DNA of 64,000 nt from Candidatus Parachristensenella avicola (GTDB lineage: Bacteria > Bacillota > Clostridia > Christensenellales > UMGS416), in contig CAJFUN010000024.1 in the NCBI GenBank assembly GCA_904420205.1, forward strand, positions 23,442 to 87,441. Direction: 5' to 3'. Below the pieces are notes generated by a model. The model was not told where the DNA came from, made no database searches, and worked only from the letters and a program-made list of their open reading frames with translations. The translations under genes and the position numbers were made by a program. Below, in pieces: positions 18,108-29,053 of this stretch; within the stretch, counting starts at the first letter, position 1, and each line of letters opens with the position of its first letter.

Positions 18108-18136
18108 TTGCAAATGGGGCGGGTTTCCGATATGAT
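18108..18136 (+). promoter_or_regulatory. sigma-A type promoter upstream of lepA
   Basis: TTGCAA (18108-18113), a 17-nt spacer, then TATGAT (18131-18136). Confidence 0.55.
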
Positions 18137-18177
18137 GAATAGTTGAACCAAGCTAATAAAAGGAGGCTGCCCCTCTT

Positions 18178-19983
18178 ATGGCCCAGCGACAAGATAATAT
18201 TCGTAATTTCTGCATCATCGCCCATATCGATCACGGCAAATCAACCCTGGCCGACCGGCTTTTGGAGCTGACCGGGGTGTTTGCTCAACGGGATATGGAG
18301 GAGCAGATCCTTGACTCCATGGACCTGGAGCGGGAACGAGGCATTACCATTAAAAGCCACCCTGTGCGCATGACATACCGGGATGGCGACGGCCAGGAAT
18401 ATATCTTTAACCTGATCGATACCCCCGGACATGTGGACTTCAACTATGAGGTATCCCGGGCCTTGGCCGCCTGCGAAGGCGCGCTCCTGGTGGTGGACGC
18501 CAGCCAGGGCATAGAGGCGCAGACGCTGGCCAACGTATATTTGGCGCTGGAGCATGATCTGGAAGTGATCCCGGTCATCAATAAAATCGATCTGCCCTCG
18601 GCCGACGTGGAAGGCACGCGGAAAATGATTGAGGACGTGATCGGACTGGACGCTTCCATGGCTCCTGCCGTATCGGCCAAGGACGGCACCAACATGGGCG
18701 AAGTGCTGGAGCAGGTAGCCCAGCTGCTGCCTCCGCCTCATGGCCAGGAGGAAGCGCCGCTGAAGGCTTTGATCTTCGATTCCTATTATGATAACTATAA
18801 AGGCGCCATTTGCTATATTCGGGTGGTGGACGGTGCGATCCGCCCGGGCATGCGGATGCGGATGATGTCTACCGGCAAGGAATTTGAGGTAACCGAGGTA
18901 GGGGTATTCCGTCCCAACTGGTCGCCTTGCCAGCAGCTCTTAGCCGGCGAGGTGGGCTATGTGGCCGCTTCCATTAAGAATGTGGCGGAAACCCGGGTAG
19001 GCGATACCATTACCGACGCTGCAGACCCCGCCTCTGAACCACTGCCTGGCTATAAGGAAGTCAGCCCTATGGTGTACTGCGGTATCTATCCCGCCGATGG
19101 TGCGCACTATGAGGATGTGCGTGATGCGTTGGAGAAGCTAAAGTTAAACGATGCCTCGTTGTGCTTTGAGCCGGAAACCTCTTCAGCGCTGGGGTTTGGA
19201 TTCCGCTGCGGCTTCCTGGGCCTATTGCATATGGAGATTATTCAGGAACGGCTGGAGCGGGAATTCGATTTGGATCTTGTCACCACAGCCCCGAGCGTGA
19301 TTTACCATGTGGTCAAGGGAAACGGGGAGGTGCTGAATATCGATAATCCGGCCAACCTGCCGGATCCGTCGGAAATCGATTACATGGAGGAACCCATCGT
19401 GACAGCCCACGTCATCACGCCGACCGACTATGTGGGCGTGATTATGGATCTGTGCCAGGAAAAGCGGGGGACCTTCATCACCATGGATTACCTGGAGGCG
19501 GACCGGGTGCAAATCACCTATGAGCTGCCGTTGAATGAAATTATCTACGATTTCTTTGATGCCATTAAGTCCCGTACCCGCGGCTATGCTTCGCTGGACT
19601 ATGAGATGAAGGAATATCGCCAGAGCGAGCTTGTGAAGCTGGATATCCTGCTCAATGGAGAGATCTGCGATGCGCTGAGCACCATTGTCCATAAAGATAA
19701 GGCTTATGCCCGCGGGCGCCGGCTGGCTGAAAAGCTGGTGGAGGTGATTCCCAGGCAGATGTTTGAAATCCCGATTCAGGCGGCGGTGGGCGGCAAGATT
19801 ATCGCCCGAGAGACGGTACGGGCGTACCGCAAGGATGTGCTGGCGAAGTGCTACGGCGGCGATATTTCCCGCAAAAAGAAGCTGCTGGAGAAACAAAAGG
19901 AAGGCAAAAAACGCATGCGCCAAGTAGGGACGGTGCAGGTGCCCTCTGAAGCGTTCATGAGCGTGCTGCGCATTGATTCCTAG
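18178..19983 (+). CDS. lepA: translation elongation factor 4
   Basis: The N-terminus [28 protein letters not shown] and NKID are present. The characteristic LepA C-terminal domain (...[22 protein letters not shown]) is also present. Confidence 0.95.
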   Translation: MAQRQDNIRNFCIIAHIDHGKSTLADRLLELTGVFAQRDMEEQILDSMDLERERGITIKSHPVRMTYRDGDGQEYIFNLIDTPGHVDFNYEVSRALAACEGALLVVDASQGIEAQTLANVYLALEHDLEVIPVINKIDLPSADVEGTRKMIEDVIGLDASMAPAVSAKDGTNMGEVLEQVAQLLPPPHGQEEAPLKALIFDSYYDNYKGAICYIRVVDGAIRPGMRMRMMSTGKEFEVTEVGVFRPNWSPCQQLLAGEVGYVAASIKNVAETRVGDTITDAADPASEPLPGYKEVSPMVYCGIYPADGAHYEDVRDALEKLKLNDASLCFEPETSSALGFGFRCGFLGLLHMEIIQERLEREFDLDLVTTAPSVIYHVVKGNGEVLNIDNPANLPDPSEIDYMEEPIVTAHVITPTDYVGVIMDLCQEKRGTFITMDYLEADRVQITYELPLNEIIYDFFDAIKSRTRGYASLDYEMKEYRQSELVKLDILLNGEICDALSTIVHKDKAYARGRRLAEKLVEVIPRQMFEIPIQAAVGGKIIARETVRAYRKDVLAKCYGGDISRKKKLLEKQKEGKKRMRQVGTVQVPSEAFMSVLRIDS

Positions 19984-20008
19984 AGCGCGCCGCATGGACG
20001 GGAATATG

Positions 20009-20040
20009 GCCGGAGGTTAAGACCTCCGGCTTTGTTCTGT
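20009..20040 (+). terminator. intrinsic terminator after lepA
   Basis: A 9-bp stem pairs GCCGGAGGT (20009-20017) with ACCTCCGGC (20022-20030), followed by TTTGTTCTGT. Confidence 0.7.
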
Positions 20041-20063
20041 ATTCATAATATTCGTTAGGGGCC

Positions 20064-20092
20064 TTGTAATTAAAAAGGGATCCGTCTATAAT
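20064..20092 (+). promoter_or_regulatory. sigma-A type promoter upstream of marR
   Basis: TTGTAA (20064-20069), a 17-nt spacer, then TATAAT (20087-20092). Confidence 0.55.
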
Positions 20093-20137
20093 GAAGCGCA
20101 TAAGACACCGAACAATTGAAGGAGGAGACCGGTACGG

Positions 20138-20569
20138 ATGGGGGAGATTGCAACGCTGACGCTGTTTAAGCTATTTCATCAGTGCGCCCATCGCATGAAT
20201 CGGACGGGCAAATACCAAGGACAGGGGAGGTTGCTTCTTCTGCTGGAGGAGCAAGGCACGCTTACCCAGCGTGAACTCATCGAAATTACGGGCTGCCGCT
20301 CATCTACCCTGAGCGAGCAACTGGAGAGCATGGAGAAGGCGGGCTGGGTTACCCGAGAGAAAAATGCCGCCGACAAACGCAACATTGACCTGGCGCTGAC
20401 GCCATCGGGCAGGCAAACGGCGAGGGAGGTGCGGGCATGGCGGGCCGGGCATGCCGAGGCGCTTTTCGGCATGCTGGATGAAAAGGAGCGGGACAGCCTC
20501 TATACGCTGCTGCAAAAGCTTTCGGCTGCCTGGGCGGAAATGGCGCAGCAGAAGGAGGCGGGCAGATGA
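20138..20569 (+). CDS. MarR family transcriptional regulator
   Basis: A winged-helix pattern (LTQRELIEITGCRSSTLSEQLESMEKAGWV.R..N..DKR) in a protein of about 143 aa. Confidence 0.8.
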   Translation: MGEIATLTLFKLFHQCAHRMNRTGKYQGQGRLLLLLEEQGTLTQRELIEITGCRSSTLSEQLESMEKAGWVTREKNAADKRNIDLALTPSGRQTAREVRAWRAGHAEALFGMLDEKERDSLYTLLQKLSAAWAEMAQQKEAGR

Positions 20570-22281
20570 AGCTGATGCTACGCTATGTCCGGCGGCATCT
20601 TGGCATGTTTTTTACGGCCATCAGCTTTTTATGCATAGAAGCCATGGCCGATTTGCTCCAGCCTACCTTTATGGCCCATATTGTTGACGAAGGGGTAAAA
20701 GCGGCGGATATCTCAACCATTCTGCGATATGGCCTGATCATGGTAGGTATCGCCGCGGCAGGCGCAGTCGGCGCCGTAATGCGAAACATCTATGCCAGCC
20801 GCACCTCACAAACCATCGGAATGGAATTGCGAGGCGATATTTACCGCAAGGTACAGACGCTGTCCTTTGAAAATATCGACCATTTACAACCGGCTTCCAT
20901 CATCACACGTATCACCAACGACGTGACGCAGATTCAGGAATTCATTAACGGCTGCATGCGCATTATGATTAAGGCCCCAATTACCTGCGTAGGCGCGATT
21001 ATTCTGATTATTGTCCAAACGCCACGGCAGATCCCGGTCATGGCAGTCATCCTGGTGATCGCTGCGGTGCTGATTGCCGCCAACATGAAGCTCGGCTACC
21101 CCCGCTTTGGCAATTTGCAGCGGAAGCTGGACCGGCTGAATAACGTCAGCCGTGAATTCCTATCTTCCATCCGGGTCGTGAAGGCCTTCCATGCTGAAGC
21201 GCAGGAGCAGGAAAAGTTTGAATCAGCTTCCCAAGAGCTGGCCGGCGCCGGCATATCCGCCATGCGCGTTATGGCGGTGTTCGCCCCGCTTATTAACCTG
21301 GCGGTGAATATGGGCATTGTCGTACTTTTGTGGATCTCACAAAACCGGCAGGCGGCTGAAATTGGACGGTTGATGGCCTCGGTGAACTACATGACGCAGG
21401 TCTTGTTTGCCATCGGCATGGTGTCCAACATCCTGAATACTGCAGTGCGGGCTATAGCGTCCTCTGAGCGTGTCAGTGAGGTGCTGGAACAGACACCCGC
21501 CCAAAAAGCGCCCGAACGCCCGGCAACGCAGCCGATCCGAGGTGGCATTTGCTTTGAGGACGTATCGTTTGCCTATGCGGATGCGGGAAAAGAGGCGCTG
21601 AGCCATGTTACCTTTTGGGCGTCGCCCGGCGAAACTATCGGAATCATTGGCCCTACGGGCTCGGGCAAAACGACGCTGGTCAACTTGGTGCCTCGATTTT
21701 ATGACGCCACATCCGGCCGCGTCCTGATCGACGGGATGGACGTCACCCAGATCGAGTCAAACCGGCTGCGTACGGCGGTGGCCGTCGTGCCGCAGAAGGC
21801 GCTGCTTTTTTCGGGTACCATCGAAGAAAACCTGCGCTGGGGCAAGCAGGAAGCGACCCCACAGCAGCTCCGGGAAGCGGCTCGGACGGCTTGCGCTGAA
21901 TCGTTCATTGAAGGAACGGAAAAAGGATACGATACCCTGCTGGGCCAGGGCGGCGTCAATCTTTCCGGCGGCCAGAAGCAGCGGCTGGCCTTAGCCCGGG
22001 CCCTTGTGCGCGATCCGCAGGTACTGATCCTGGACGACTGCACCAGCGCCCTGGATGCGGATACCGAGGCGGCTGTGCTGAAGGGGTTGCGCCGGCGGGC
22101 GGCAGGTATGACCGTGCTGCTCATCAGCCAGCGCATTGCGACGGTTATGCGGGCTGACCGGATCCTATGCCTGGAGAATGGGAACGTCATGGGGTTTGGA
22201 ACCCATGACGAACTAATGGAGGCGTGTCCGACATACCGGGCGATCTATGCTTCACAGATTGGGGGTGGCTGCGATGAATGA
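20566..22281 (+). CDS. ABC transporter ATP-binding protein/permease (type I exporter half-transporter)
   Basis: An N-terminal 6-TM domain is followed by Walker A GPTGSGKTT, the signature LSGGQKQR and Walker B LILDD. Confidence 0.85.
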   Translation: MKLMLRYVRRHLGMFFTAISFLCIEAMADLLQPTFMAHIVDEGVKAADISTILRYGLIMVGIAAAGAVGAVMRNIYASRTSQTIGMELRGDIYRKVQTLSFENIDHLQPASIITRITNDVTQIQEFINGCMRIMIKAPITCVGAIILIIVQTPRQIPVMAVILVIAAVLIAANMKLGYPRFGNLQRKLDRLNNVSREFLSSIRVVKAFHAEAQEQEKFESASQELAGAGISAMRVMAVFAPLINLAVNMGIVVLLWISQNRQAAEIGRLMASVNYMTQVLFAIGMVSNILNTAVRAIASSERVSEVLEQTPAQKAPERPATQPIRGGICFEDVSFAYADAGKEALSHVTFWASPGETIGIIGPTGSGKTTLVNLVPRFYDATSGRVLIDGMDVTQIESNRLRTAVAVVPQKALLFSGTIEENLRWGKQEATPQQLREAARTACAESFIEGTEKGYDTLLGQGGVNLSGGQKQRLALARALVRDPQVLILDDCTSALDADTEAAVLKGLRRRAAGMTVLLISQRIATVMRADRILCLENGNVMGFGTHDELMEACPTYRAIYASQIGGGCDE

Positions 22282-24085
22282 ACGCCATGTGACGCCGCCA
22301 GCCAATATGGGCGGCGTAGGCCGGGCGGGCATGCGAGGCAGGCCGGTGGAGAAGCCTAAGGATCTCAAGGGCACTTTGGCACGGCTGTGGCGGCTGACCC
22401 AAGGCCACCGCAAGGGATTGGGCTGGATCCTGTTGCTTTCAGCGCTGACCTCCGCTTCAGCCATCCTTTCCCCGCTGGTGATCGGTGAGGCGGTCAATGC
22501 GATTGACGGCGGGCGTCCGGCGCAGCAGATCCTCGTGGTGCTGCTGGGGCTGTATCTGTGTGATTGGCTGGTCCGCTTCCTGCAGCAGTATTTTATGGCC
22601 TCCATTGGCCAGCGGATGATCCATTATATCCGGATTACCCTTTTTGGGGTGATGAAGCAGCTGCCGCTGTCCTTTTTTGACCGCCGCCAGCATGGTGAGC
22701 TGATGAGCCGGCTGACCAACGACGTGGATAACATCAGCAATACCCTTTCCAACTCGCTGACACAGCTGCTTACCTACTTTTTTACCATCATAGGCATCTT
22801 GATGATGATGCTCTCCTTAAACGTGCTGCTGACCTTGATTTCGCTGGCAGCGGTGGGCTTTATTTTCCTGCTTACCCGGATCATTACCCGGCGCACCCGC
22901 AAGATGTTCGCCGAGCAGCAGCGGATCTTGGGCAAGCTTAACGGACAGATTGAGGAGAGCATCTCCGGACTGAATGTGGTCAAAGCCTTCTGTCAGGAAG
23001 AGCAGATGGTGCGGCAATTCGATGAAAGCAATGAGGCGTTGCGGCGGGTGGCTACGCGGGCGCTGATTTGGTCCGGCTACCTAATGCCCATTACCAACGT
23101 AATTAATAACTTTAACTTTGTTTTTATCTCCATCTTCAGCGGCATTTTTGCTGTGAAGGGCTGGATCTCCATCGGCATGATTTCGAGCTTTCTGCTCTAT
23201 GCCCGACAGTTCTCCCGGCCCTTTGTGGAGATTGCGAATATTTATAACAATTTCCAGACGGCCGTTGCCGGGGCGGAGCGTATCTTTGAAATATTGGACG
23301 AACAGCCGGAGCCGGAGGACGCGCCGGATGCAATACCGCTGGCGTCGCCCAAGGGCGATATCACGCTGGATCATGTAACCTTCGGCTATTCCCCGGATCA
23401 TCCGATTCTGAAAGACGTTTCAATCGAGATCCCCGCCGGGACCAAGGCGGCTATTGTAGGCCCCACCGGCGCCGGTAAAACGACGATCATCAACCTGCTC
23501 ACCCGCTTTTATGACGTAAACAGAGGCAGTATCCGGCTGGATGGGCATGACTTGCGGGATTATCAGCTGCAGCAGCTGCGGCAGTGCTTCGGCGTGGTGC
23601 TGCAGGATACAGCGCTCTTTGCCGTATCAGTGCGGGACAATATTCGTTATGGCCGGGAGCGGGCGACTCAGGCCCAGGTGGAGGAGGCGGCGCGAATTGC
23701 TGGAGCCGACGCCTTTATCCGCCGCTTGCCCGACGGCTATAATACGGTATTAACCCAAGGGGGCGCGGAACTGAGCCAGGGGGAACGGCAATTGTTAACC
23801 ATTGCCCGTGCTGTGCTGGTGGACGCGCCGATCTTGATTCTGGACGAGGCGACAAGCTCGGTGGATACGGTGACCGAGCAAAAGATTCGCCGGGCGATGC
23901 TGAAAATCACCGAGGGACGCACGTCTTTTATCATTGCGCACCGCCTTTCAACCATCCGCGATTCGGACATTATCCTTTTAATTGAGGGCGGAAGGATTGC
24001 AGAGCAGGGTACCCATGAATCGCTGATGGAGCAAAACGGTCTTTACGCCTCGATGTACCGCACCCAGATGGGCGGATATGAATGA
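22274..24085 (+). CDS. ABC transporter ATP-binding protein/permease (heterodimer partner)
   Basis: The start was moved to ATG 22274 (GGGGGTGG upstream, ATGA-type overlap with the preceding stop). Walker A GPTGAGKTT, signature LSQGERQ and Walker B LILDEATS are present. Confidence 0.85.
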   Translation: MNERHVTPPANMGGVGRAGMRGRPVEKPKDLKGTLARLWRLTQGHRKGLGWILLLSALTSASAILSPLVIGEAVNAIDGGRPAQQILVVLLGLYLCDWLVRFLQQYFMASIGQRMIHYIRITLFGVMKQLPLSFFDRRQHGELMSRLTNDVDNISNTLSNSLTQLLTYFFTIIGILMMMLSLNVLLTLISLAAVGFIFLLTRIITRRTRKMFAEQQRILGKLNGQIEESISGLNVVKAFCQEEQMVRQFDESNEALRRVATRALIWSGYLMPITNVINNFNFVFISIFSGIFAVKGWISIGMISSFLLYARQFSRPFVEIANIYNNFQTAVAGAERIFEILDEQPEPEDAPDAIPLASPKGDITLDHVTFGYSPDHPILKDVSIEIPAGTKAAIVGPTGAGKTTIINLLTRFYDVNRGSIRLDGHDLRDYQLQQLRQCFGVVLQDTALFAVSVRDNIRYGRERATQAQVEEAARIAGADAFIRRLPDGYNTVLTQGGAELSQGERQLLTIARAVLVDAPILILDEATSSVDTVTEQKIRRAMLKITEGRTSFIIAHRLSTIRDSDIILLIEGGRIAEQGTHESLMEQNGLYASMYRTQMGGYE

Positions 24086-24108
24086 ACGCGGAAGAAAGGA
24101 GCGTTAAC

Positions 24109-25293
24109 ATGGCACAGGAAACATGGCGGTTTGATACTGGTTCTGGCAAAGACGTATCCCTATATGTGCATATTCCCTTCTGTGCCAGCCGCTGCCGGTA
24201 CTGTGACTTTGCTTCCAACGTAGCGGGCCGCAGCGCGATGGAACGCTATGTGGATTGCCTGCTGCAAGAGATGGACCGATGGGCGCCGGCGCTGAGCGGG
24301 CGTGTGATCTCGACGGTGTTCTTTGGCGGCGGCACGCCGGGATTATTACCGCCCCCTATGACCGAACGGATCGTAGATGGGATACGCAGTCGGTTTGACT
24401 GTGGGATGGCGGGCGAATGGACGCTGGAAAGCAATCCCGAGGTAACCAACCTGGACCGGGCGCGGCAGTGGCGGAGTATGGGATTTAACCGGCTTTCCCT
24501 GGGTTTGCAGGCCGCGCAGCCGGCGCTTTTAGCCATGCTTGGAAGGCGCGCCGACGCCCAACGCCTGCTCATGGCGGCGGAAGCCGCGCAGCGGGCAGGG
24601 TTTGGAAACCTGAATGTAGATCTTATGGCTTCTCTGCCAGGACAGCGGGCGGAAGATCTGCTGGCAAGCGTCGACATAGCCGCCCAGGCGGGCGCCAGCC
24701 ATATCTCGCTCTATGCGCTGGTGGTGCATGAGGATACGCCGCTGGGGCGGGAAATCTGCTCCGGCGCGCTTAGCCAGCCCAGCGAGGATGAGGACCGGGA
24801 CATGTTTGAAGCGGCCTGCGGCCACCTGGAAGCCCAAGGCTACGCCCGATATGAAATCTCCAATTTTGCCAAGCCGGGTATGGCGTGCCGCCATAACCTT
24901 GTCTATTGGCGGCGGGGCGATTATCTGGGCTTGGGTGCGTCTGCGGCCTCCTGCGACGGCGGACGGCGATGGTGCAATGTGTCGGGCCTGGAAGCGTATT
25001 GTAGGCGCATGGAATCGGGCGCAAAACCATGGGATGAGGAAGAAACGCTTTCGGAGCTTGATCAAGCTTTTGAAACGCTGATGCTGGGCCTTCGGCTGAC
25101 GGAGGGCGTCAGCCGGGTTGCCTTTAAAGAAAACTTCGGATATGACTTCGGCGTGCGCTTCCAGCCCATGCTTCAGCGATGGATAGAGGCGGGTCTTGCC
25201 CGAATGCCAGAGGATCGCCTGATGCTGACGGCCGCGGGTATGGATGTGCAGAACGCCCTTTTGGTGGAGCTGATGGAGCGCATGGGCCTGTAA
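24109..25293 (+). CDS. hemW: radical SAM family heme chaperone HemW (HemN-like, oxygen-independent coproporphyrinogen oxidase family)
   Basis: The motif HIPFCASRCRYCDF is present. GAAAGGA lies 7 nt before ATG 24109. It sits between lepA and hrcA, as in the Bacillus yqeR position. Confidence 0.85.
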   Translation: MAQETWRFDTGSGKDVSLYVHIPFCASRCRYCDFASNVAGRSAMERYVDCLLQEMDRWAPALSGRVISTVFFGGGTPGLLPPPMTERIVDGIRSRFDCGMAGEWTLESNPEVTNLDRARQWRSMGFNRLSLGLQAAQPALLAMLGRRADAQRLLMAAEAAQRAGFGNLNVDLMASLPGQRAEDLLASVDIAAQAGASHISLYALVVHEDTPLGREICSGALSQPSEDEDRDMFEAACGHLEAQGYARYEISNFAKPGMACRHNLVYWRRGDYLGLGASAASCDGGRRWCNVSGLEAYCRRMESGAKPWDEEETLSELDQAFETLMLGLRLTEGVSRVAFKENFGYDFGVRFQPMLQRWIEAGLARMPEDRLMLTAAGMDVQNALLVELMERMGL

Positions 25294-25397
25294 ATAGAAA
25301 TAAGAACAAAACGTAAACAAAACCGTTCACGCCAGAATTTGTCATGCGAGCCCTTGACAAATGGCGGGGGCGGTGTTATTTTATAGATAATTCGTGA

Positions 25398-25424
25398 TTA
25401 GCACTCGATTCGAGTGAGTGCTAA
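25398..25424 (+). promoter_or_regulatory. CIRCE operator (HrcA binding site)
   Basis: A perfect TTAGCACTC-N9-GAGTGCTAA inverted repeat. A possible promoter lies just upstream: TTGACA 25354-25359 and TGtTATTTT at about 25374-25382. Confidence 0.95.
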
Positions 25425-25445
25425 CAACGAAAAGGAGGTGTTGGG

Positions 25446-26522
25446 ATGGAGCTCAATGAACGCAAGCTGGCCATTCTTAAGGCGATCGTCGAGGATTATA
25501 TCGCTACGGCCGAACCTGTTGGCTCCCGAACGCTGTCGAGGAAATATATTCCGAATCTCTCCTCGGCCACCATCCGAAACGAGATGAGCGACTTGGAGGA
25601 AATGGGCTATTTGCTTCAGCCGCACACCTCGGCCGGACGCATCCCTTCAGAGTCGGCCTACCGGCTCTATGTGGATCAGCTGATGGAGCAGCAGCCCCTT
25701 TCGACGGAAGAGATTAACCAGATTCGCCAACAGGCCTGGCGCAAGGATGAACAGATGCAGACCATCATCCGTCAAACGGCCTACATTATCAGCGAACTGA
25801 CCCAGTATACGGCGCTGGTGCTGGCCCCGCAACTGCGGAGGGCTACCTTGAAACGCATTCAGCTGGTTTATCTTTCCGCGGGCATGGCGCTGGTCGTCAT
25901 CGTGACCGATACGACGGTGGTAAAGGATTCGATTCTTCCCATCCCGGAGGGAATCACGGAAGAAGACCTGACGAGGATATCGCGCTTGCTGACCGAGCGC
26001 TTTGCCGGACACAGCCTGACGGATATTGATCTGCAGACTGTGGAGACGCTGCAAAAGGATCTGTACCGCAACCGGGTTTTCTTTGATAACCTTATCCGGG
26101 CGTTAAACGACAGCATCCTAAAACCCGACCGGGGACGCTTGGTGCTGGACGGCGCGGTCAATATCTTTCATTATCCGGAATATAAGGATATTGACAAAGC
26201 GCGCCACTTCCTGACCATGCTGGAAACCCGCGACCAGCTCTACCGCATGCTGGCTAAGCGCACCAAGTGGGAATATACGATTACCATCGGCGACGAAAAC
26301 CAGGAGCGAGAGCTGCGGGACTATTCCGTCGTTACGGCCACCTATAAGGTGGGGAACCGGCCGGTAGGCTCCATCGGCGTGATCGGACCTATGCGGATGA
26401 ACTATCCGCGGGTCGTTCAGGTGCTCAGCGAGGCCACCCACAGCCTGGGCGAAATTTTCTCGGAAAAGAATCACAACATTGAGCATAGAAACGGAAAGGG
26501 CGAACAAAATGAAAAAGCATGA
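25446..26522 (+). CDS. hrcA: heat-inducible transcription repressor HrcA
   Basis: The N-terminus reads MELNERKLAILKAIVEDYIATAEPVGSRTLS. It is the first gene of a CIRCE-controlled operon. Confidence 0.95.
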   Translation: MELNERKLAILKAIVEDYIATAEPVGSRTLSRKYIPNLSSATIRNEMSDLEEMGYLLQPHTSAGRIPSESAYRLYVDQLMEQQPLSTEEINQIRQQAWRKDEQMQTIIRQTAYIISELTQYTALVLAPQLRRATLKRIQLVYLSAGMALVVIVTDTTVVKDSILPIPEGITEEDLTRISRLLTERFAGHSLTDIDLQTVETLQKDLYRNRVFFDNLIRALNDSILKPDRGRLVLDGAVNIFHYPEYKDIDKARHFLTMLETRDQLYRMLAKRTKWEYTITIGDENQERELRDYSVVTATYKVGNRPVGSIGVIGPMRMNYPRVVQVLSEATHSLGEIFSEKNHNIEHRNGKGEQNEKA

Positions 26523-27051
26523 GTCCAAGGCCAAGGAGCCGGAAAAGGTAGACCAGGCCAAGGCGGCAGAGGCCGAAGCCCCGGCCCAGGAGCCGGAGAA
26601 TCCCCTTCAAAAAGAACTGGACGAAGCAATCGCCAAGCGGGACGAATACCTGAAGCTGGCGCAACTTGCTCGGGCGGAATTTGACAACTACCGCCGGCGT
26701 AACCAGAACGTGCGGGCCGATGCTTTGGCTGAAGGCGCGGCCGAGGCCATCACGGCGCTGCTGCCGGTGCTGGATAATCTGGAGCGGGCGGTGGCGGCCG
26801 GAGGCGAGGGCAGCTATGCCGAAGGCGTGGCGATGGTACTTCGCCAGTTTACCGATTGCCTTAAGGGCCTTGGCGTAACGGAGATCCCCTGTGAACCCGG
26901 CGCCAGCTTCGATCCGAACCTGCATAACGCCGTGCTGAACGGCCCTGCCGATGAGGCGCATCCAGAAGGGACGATCCTGACGGTGCTGCAGAAAGGTTAC
27001 GAGTATAAATCCAAAATCCTGCGCCACAGCATGGTGCAGGTAGCCCAATAG
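26509..27051 (+). CDS. grpE: nucleotide exchange factor GrpE
   Basis: AEFDNYRRR and the VLDNLERA motif are present. I prefer ATG 26509; the listed 26479 start is a TTG without a better SD, so the start is uncertain by 10 codons. Confidence 0.9.
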   Translation: MKKHESKAKEPEKVDQAKAAEAEAPAQEPENPLQKELDEAIAKRDEYLKLAQLARAEFDNYRRRNQNVRADALAEGAAEAITALLPVLDNLERAVAAGGEGSYAEGVAMVLRQFTDCLKGLGVTEIPCEPGASFDPNLHNAVLNGPADEAHPEGTILTVLQKGYEYKSKILRHSMVQVAQ

Positions 27052-27097
27052 ACACGAAGATTACCCATTTTCATAACAAAACCTAAGGAGGTTCATC

Positions 27098-28936
27098 ATG
27101 GGAAAAATTATCGGTATTGATTTAGGCACCACCAATTCCTGCGTTGCCGTGCTTGAGGGCGGCGATCCTGTTGTCATTCCCAATCCGGAAGGTAACCGTA
27201 CCACGCCTTCCGTCGTAGCTTTCACCAAGGAAGGCGAGCGTATGGTCGGACAGATCGCCAAACGGCAGGCCATTGTCAATCCTGATCGTACGGTGATGTC
27301 GATTAAACGCGAGATGGGCACTGCTCATAAGGTGACCATCGACGGCAAGAGCTATTCGCCCCAGGAGATTTCGGCTTTCATCCTGATGAAGCTTAAGAGC
27401 GATGCAGAGGCTTATCTGGGTGAAACGGTATCCCAGGCGGTAATTACTGTGCCTGCTTACTTTTCTGACGCGCAGCGCCAGGCCACCAAGGATGCTGGCA
27501 AGATCGCCGGCCTGGAGGTGCTGCGTATCATCAACGAGCCCACAGCGGCCGCGCTGGCCTATGGCCTGGATAAAGAGCATAACCAGAAAATCATGGTGTA
27601 CGATCTGGGCGGCGGTACCTTTGATGTCTCGATTATGGAGATTGGCGACGGCGTCTTCGAGGTGTTGGCTACTGCCGGCAATAACCGCTTGGGCGGCGAC
27701 GATTTTGACCAGCGCCTGATTGATTATATTGCCGATAGCTTCCAGCGTGAGAACGGGATTGACCTGCGCAAGGACCGTAATTCCCTGTCCCGCTTAAAGG
27801 AAGCGGCGGAGAAGGCAAAGATCGAGCTGTCCGGCATGACCAGCGCCAGCGTGAACGCGCCCTTTATCACGGCCGATGCCAGCGGTCCTAAGCACTTGGA
27901 TATGACGATTACCCGGGCCAAATTTGATGAAATTACCGCGGATCTGGTAGAAAAGACCATGGGCCCCATCACCCAGGCCATGCGTGACGCCAACCTGACG
28001 CCCAAGGATATCGACCGGATTATCCTGGTCGGCGGTTCCACCCGCATTCCTGCGGTGCAGGCCGCCGTTAAGAAGATTACCGGCAAGGATCCCTATAAGG
28101 GCATTAACCCCGACGAGTGCGTAGCCGTGGGCGCCGCAATCCAGGGCGGTGTTTTAGGCGGCGAGGTCAAGGATGTGCTGCTGCTGGACGTTACGCCTCT
28201 GTCCTTGGGCATTGAAACCCAATATGGCGTATTTACCCGTATGATTGACCGTAACACCACCATCCCCACCCGCAAGAGCCAGGTGTTCTCTACTGCGGCC
28301 GACGGGCAGACCTCCGTTGAGGTTCACGTGCTGCAGGGCGAGCGCGAGATGGCCAAGGATAATAAGACCTTAGGTAAGTTTATGCTCACCGGCATTCCCG
28401 CCGCGCCCCGCGGCGTGCCGCAGATTGAGGTAACCTTTGACATCGATGCCAACGGCATTGTGCACGTATCCGCCAAGGATCTGGGCACCGGCAATCAGAA
28501 CGAAGTCGTGATCACCGCGTCCACCAATCTGTCCGATGAGGAGATCGACCGCGCCGTGAAGGAAGCGGAGAAGTACGCAGCCGAAGATAAGGCCCGTAAG
28601 GAGTCGGCGGAGACCCATAACATGGCCGATTCGCTGGTCTATCAGACGGAGAAGACGATCAAGGAGCTGGAAGGCAAGCTATCCGCCGAGGACAAGAGCC
28701 GCCTGGAAGCGGAGATGGAAGACCTCAAAAAGGTGAAGGATGGCGAAGATATCCCCGCCATTAAAGCCGCTACCGAGAAGCTGACCCAGACCTCCTATGA
28801 GATCTTCGGTAAGGTTTACCAGCAGACCCAGGGCCAGGCCGGTCCTAACCCGGGCGATCAGGCCGGACAGGGCCAGCAGGGCGGCTACCAGGACGGTTCG
28901 GTGGATGCCGATTATACCGTCGAGGATGATAAATAA
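27098..28936 (+). CDS. dnaK: molecular chaperone DnaK (Hsp70)
   Basis: [17 protein letters not shown] and VGGSTRIP are present, in a full-length protein of 612 aa. Confidence 0.98.
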   Translation: MGKIIGIDLGTTNSCVAVLEGGDPVVIPNPEGNRTTPSVVAFTKEGERMVGQIAKRQAIVNPDRTVMSIKREMGTAHKVTIDGKSYSPQEISAFILMKLKSDAEAYLGETVSQAVITVPAYFSDAQRQATKDAGKIAGLEVLRIINEPTAAALAYGLDKEHNQKIMVYDLGGGTFDVSIMEIGDGVFEVLATAGNNRLGGDDFDQRLIDYIADSFQRENGIDLRKDRNSLSRLKEAAEKAKIELSGMTSASVNAPFITADASGPKHLDMTITRAKFDEITADLVEKTMGPITQAMRDANLTPKDIDRIILVGGSTRIPAVQAAVKKITGKDPYKGINPDECVAVGAAIQGGVLGGEVKDVLLLDVTPLSLGIETQYGVFTRMIDRNTTIPTRKSQVFSTAADGQTSVEVHVLQGEREMAKDNKTLGKFMLTGIPAAPRGVPQIEVTFDIDANGIVHVSAKDLGTGNQNEVVITASTNLSDEEIDRAVKEAEKYAAEDKARKESAETHNMADSLVYQTEKTIKELEGKLSAEDKSRLEAEMEDLKKVKDGEDIPAIKAATEKLTQTSYEIFGKVYQQTQGQAGPNPGDQAGQGQQGGYQDGSVDADYTVEDDK

Positions 28937-29053
28937 GACCGCTTAGCGGCGGAGGAACGCATAAGGCGCAATTGCGCTGTGCGACTTCATAAAAGGGAAG
29001 ATGAGCCAAGGCGACTGCGCTTTGGCTTTTCCCGGGTTGAGAGGTGAAGCCAA

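Noticed and set aside
28966-28977. A perfect 12-bp palindrome GCGCAATTGCGC, plus a weak hairpin (29015-29035), between dnaK and dnaJ.
   Set aside because: A short palindrome in GC-rich DNA can arise by chance. It has no similarity to CIRCE, and partial terminators between dnaK and dnaJ are common. There is insufficient evidence for a distinct regulatory site.
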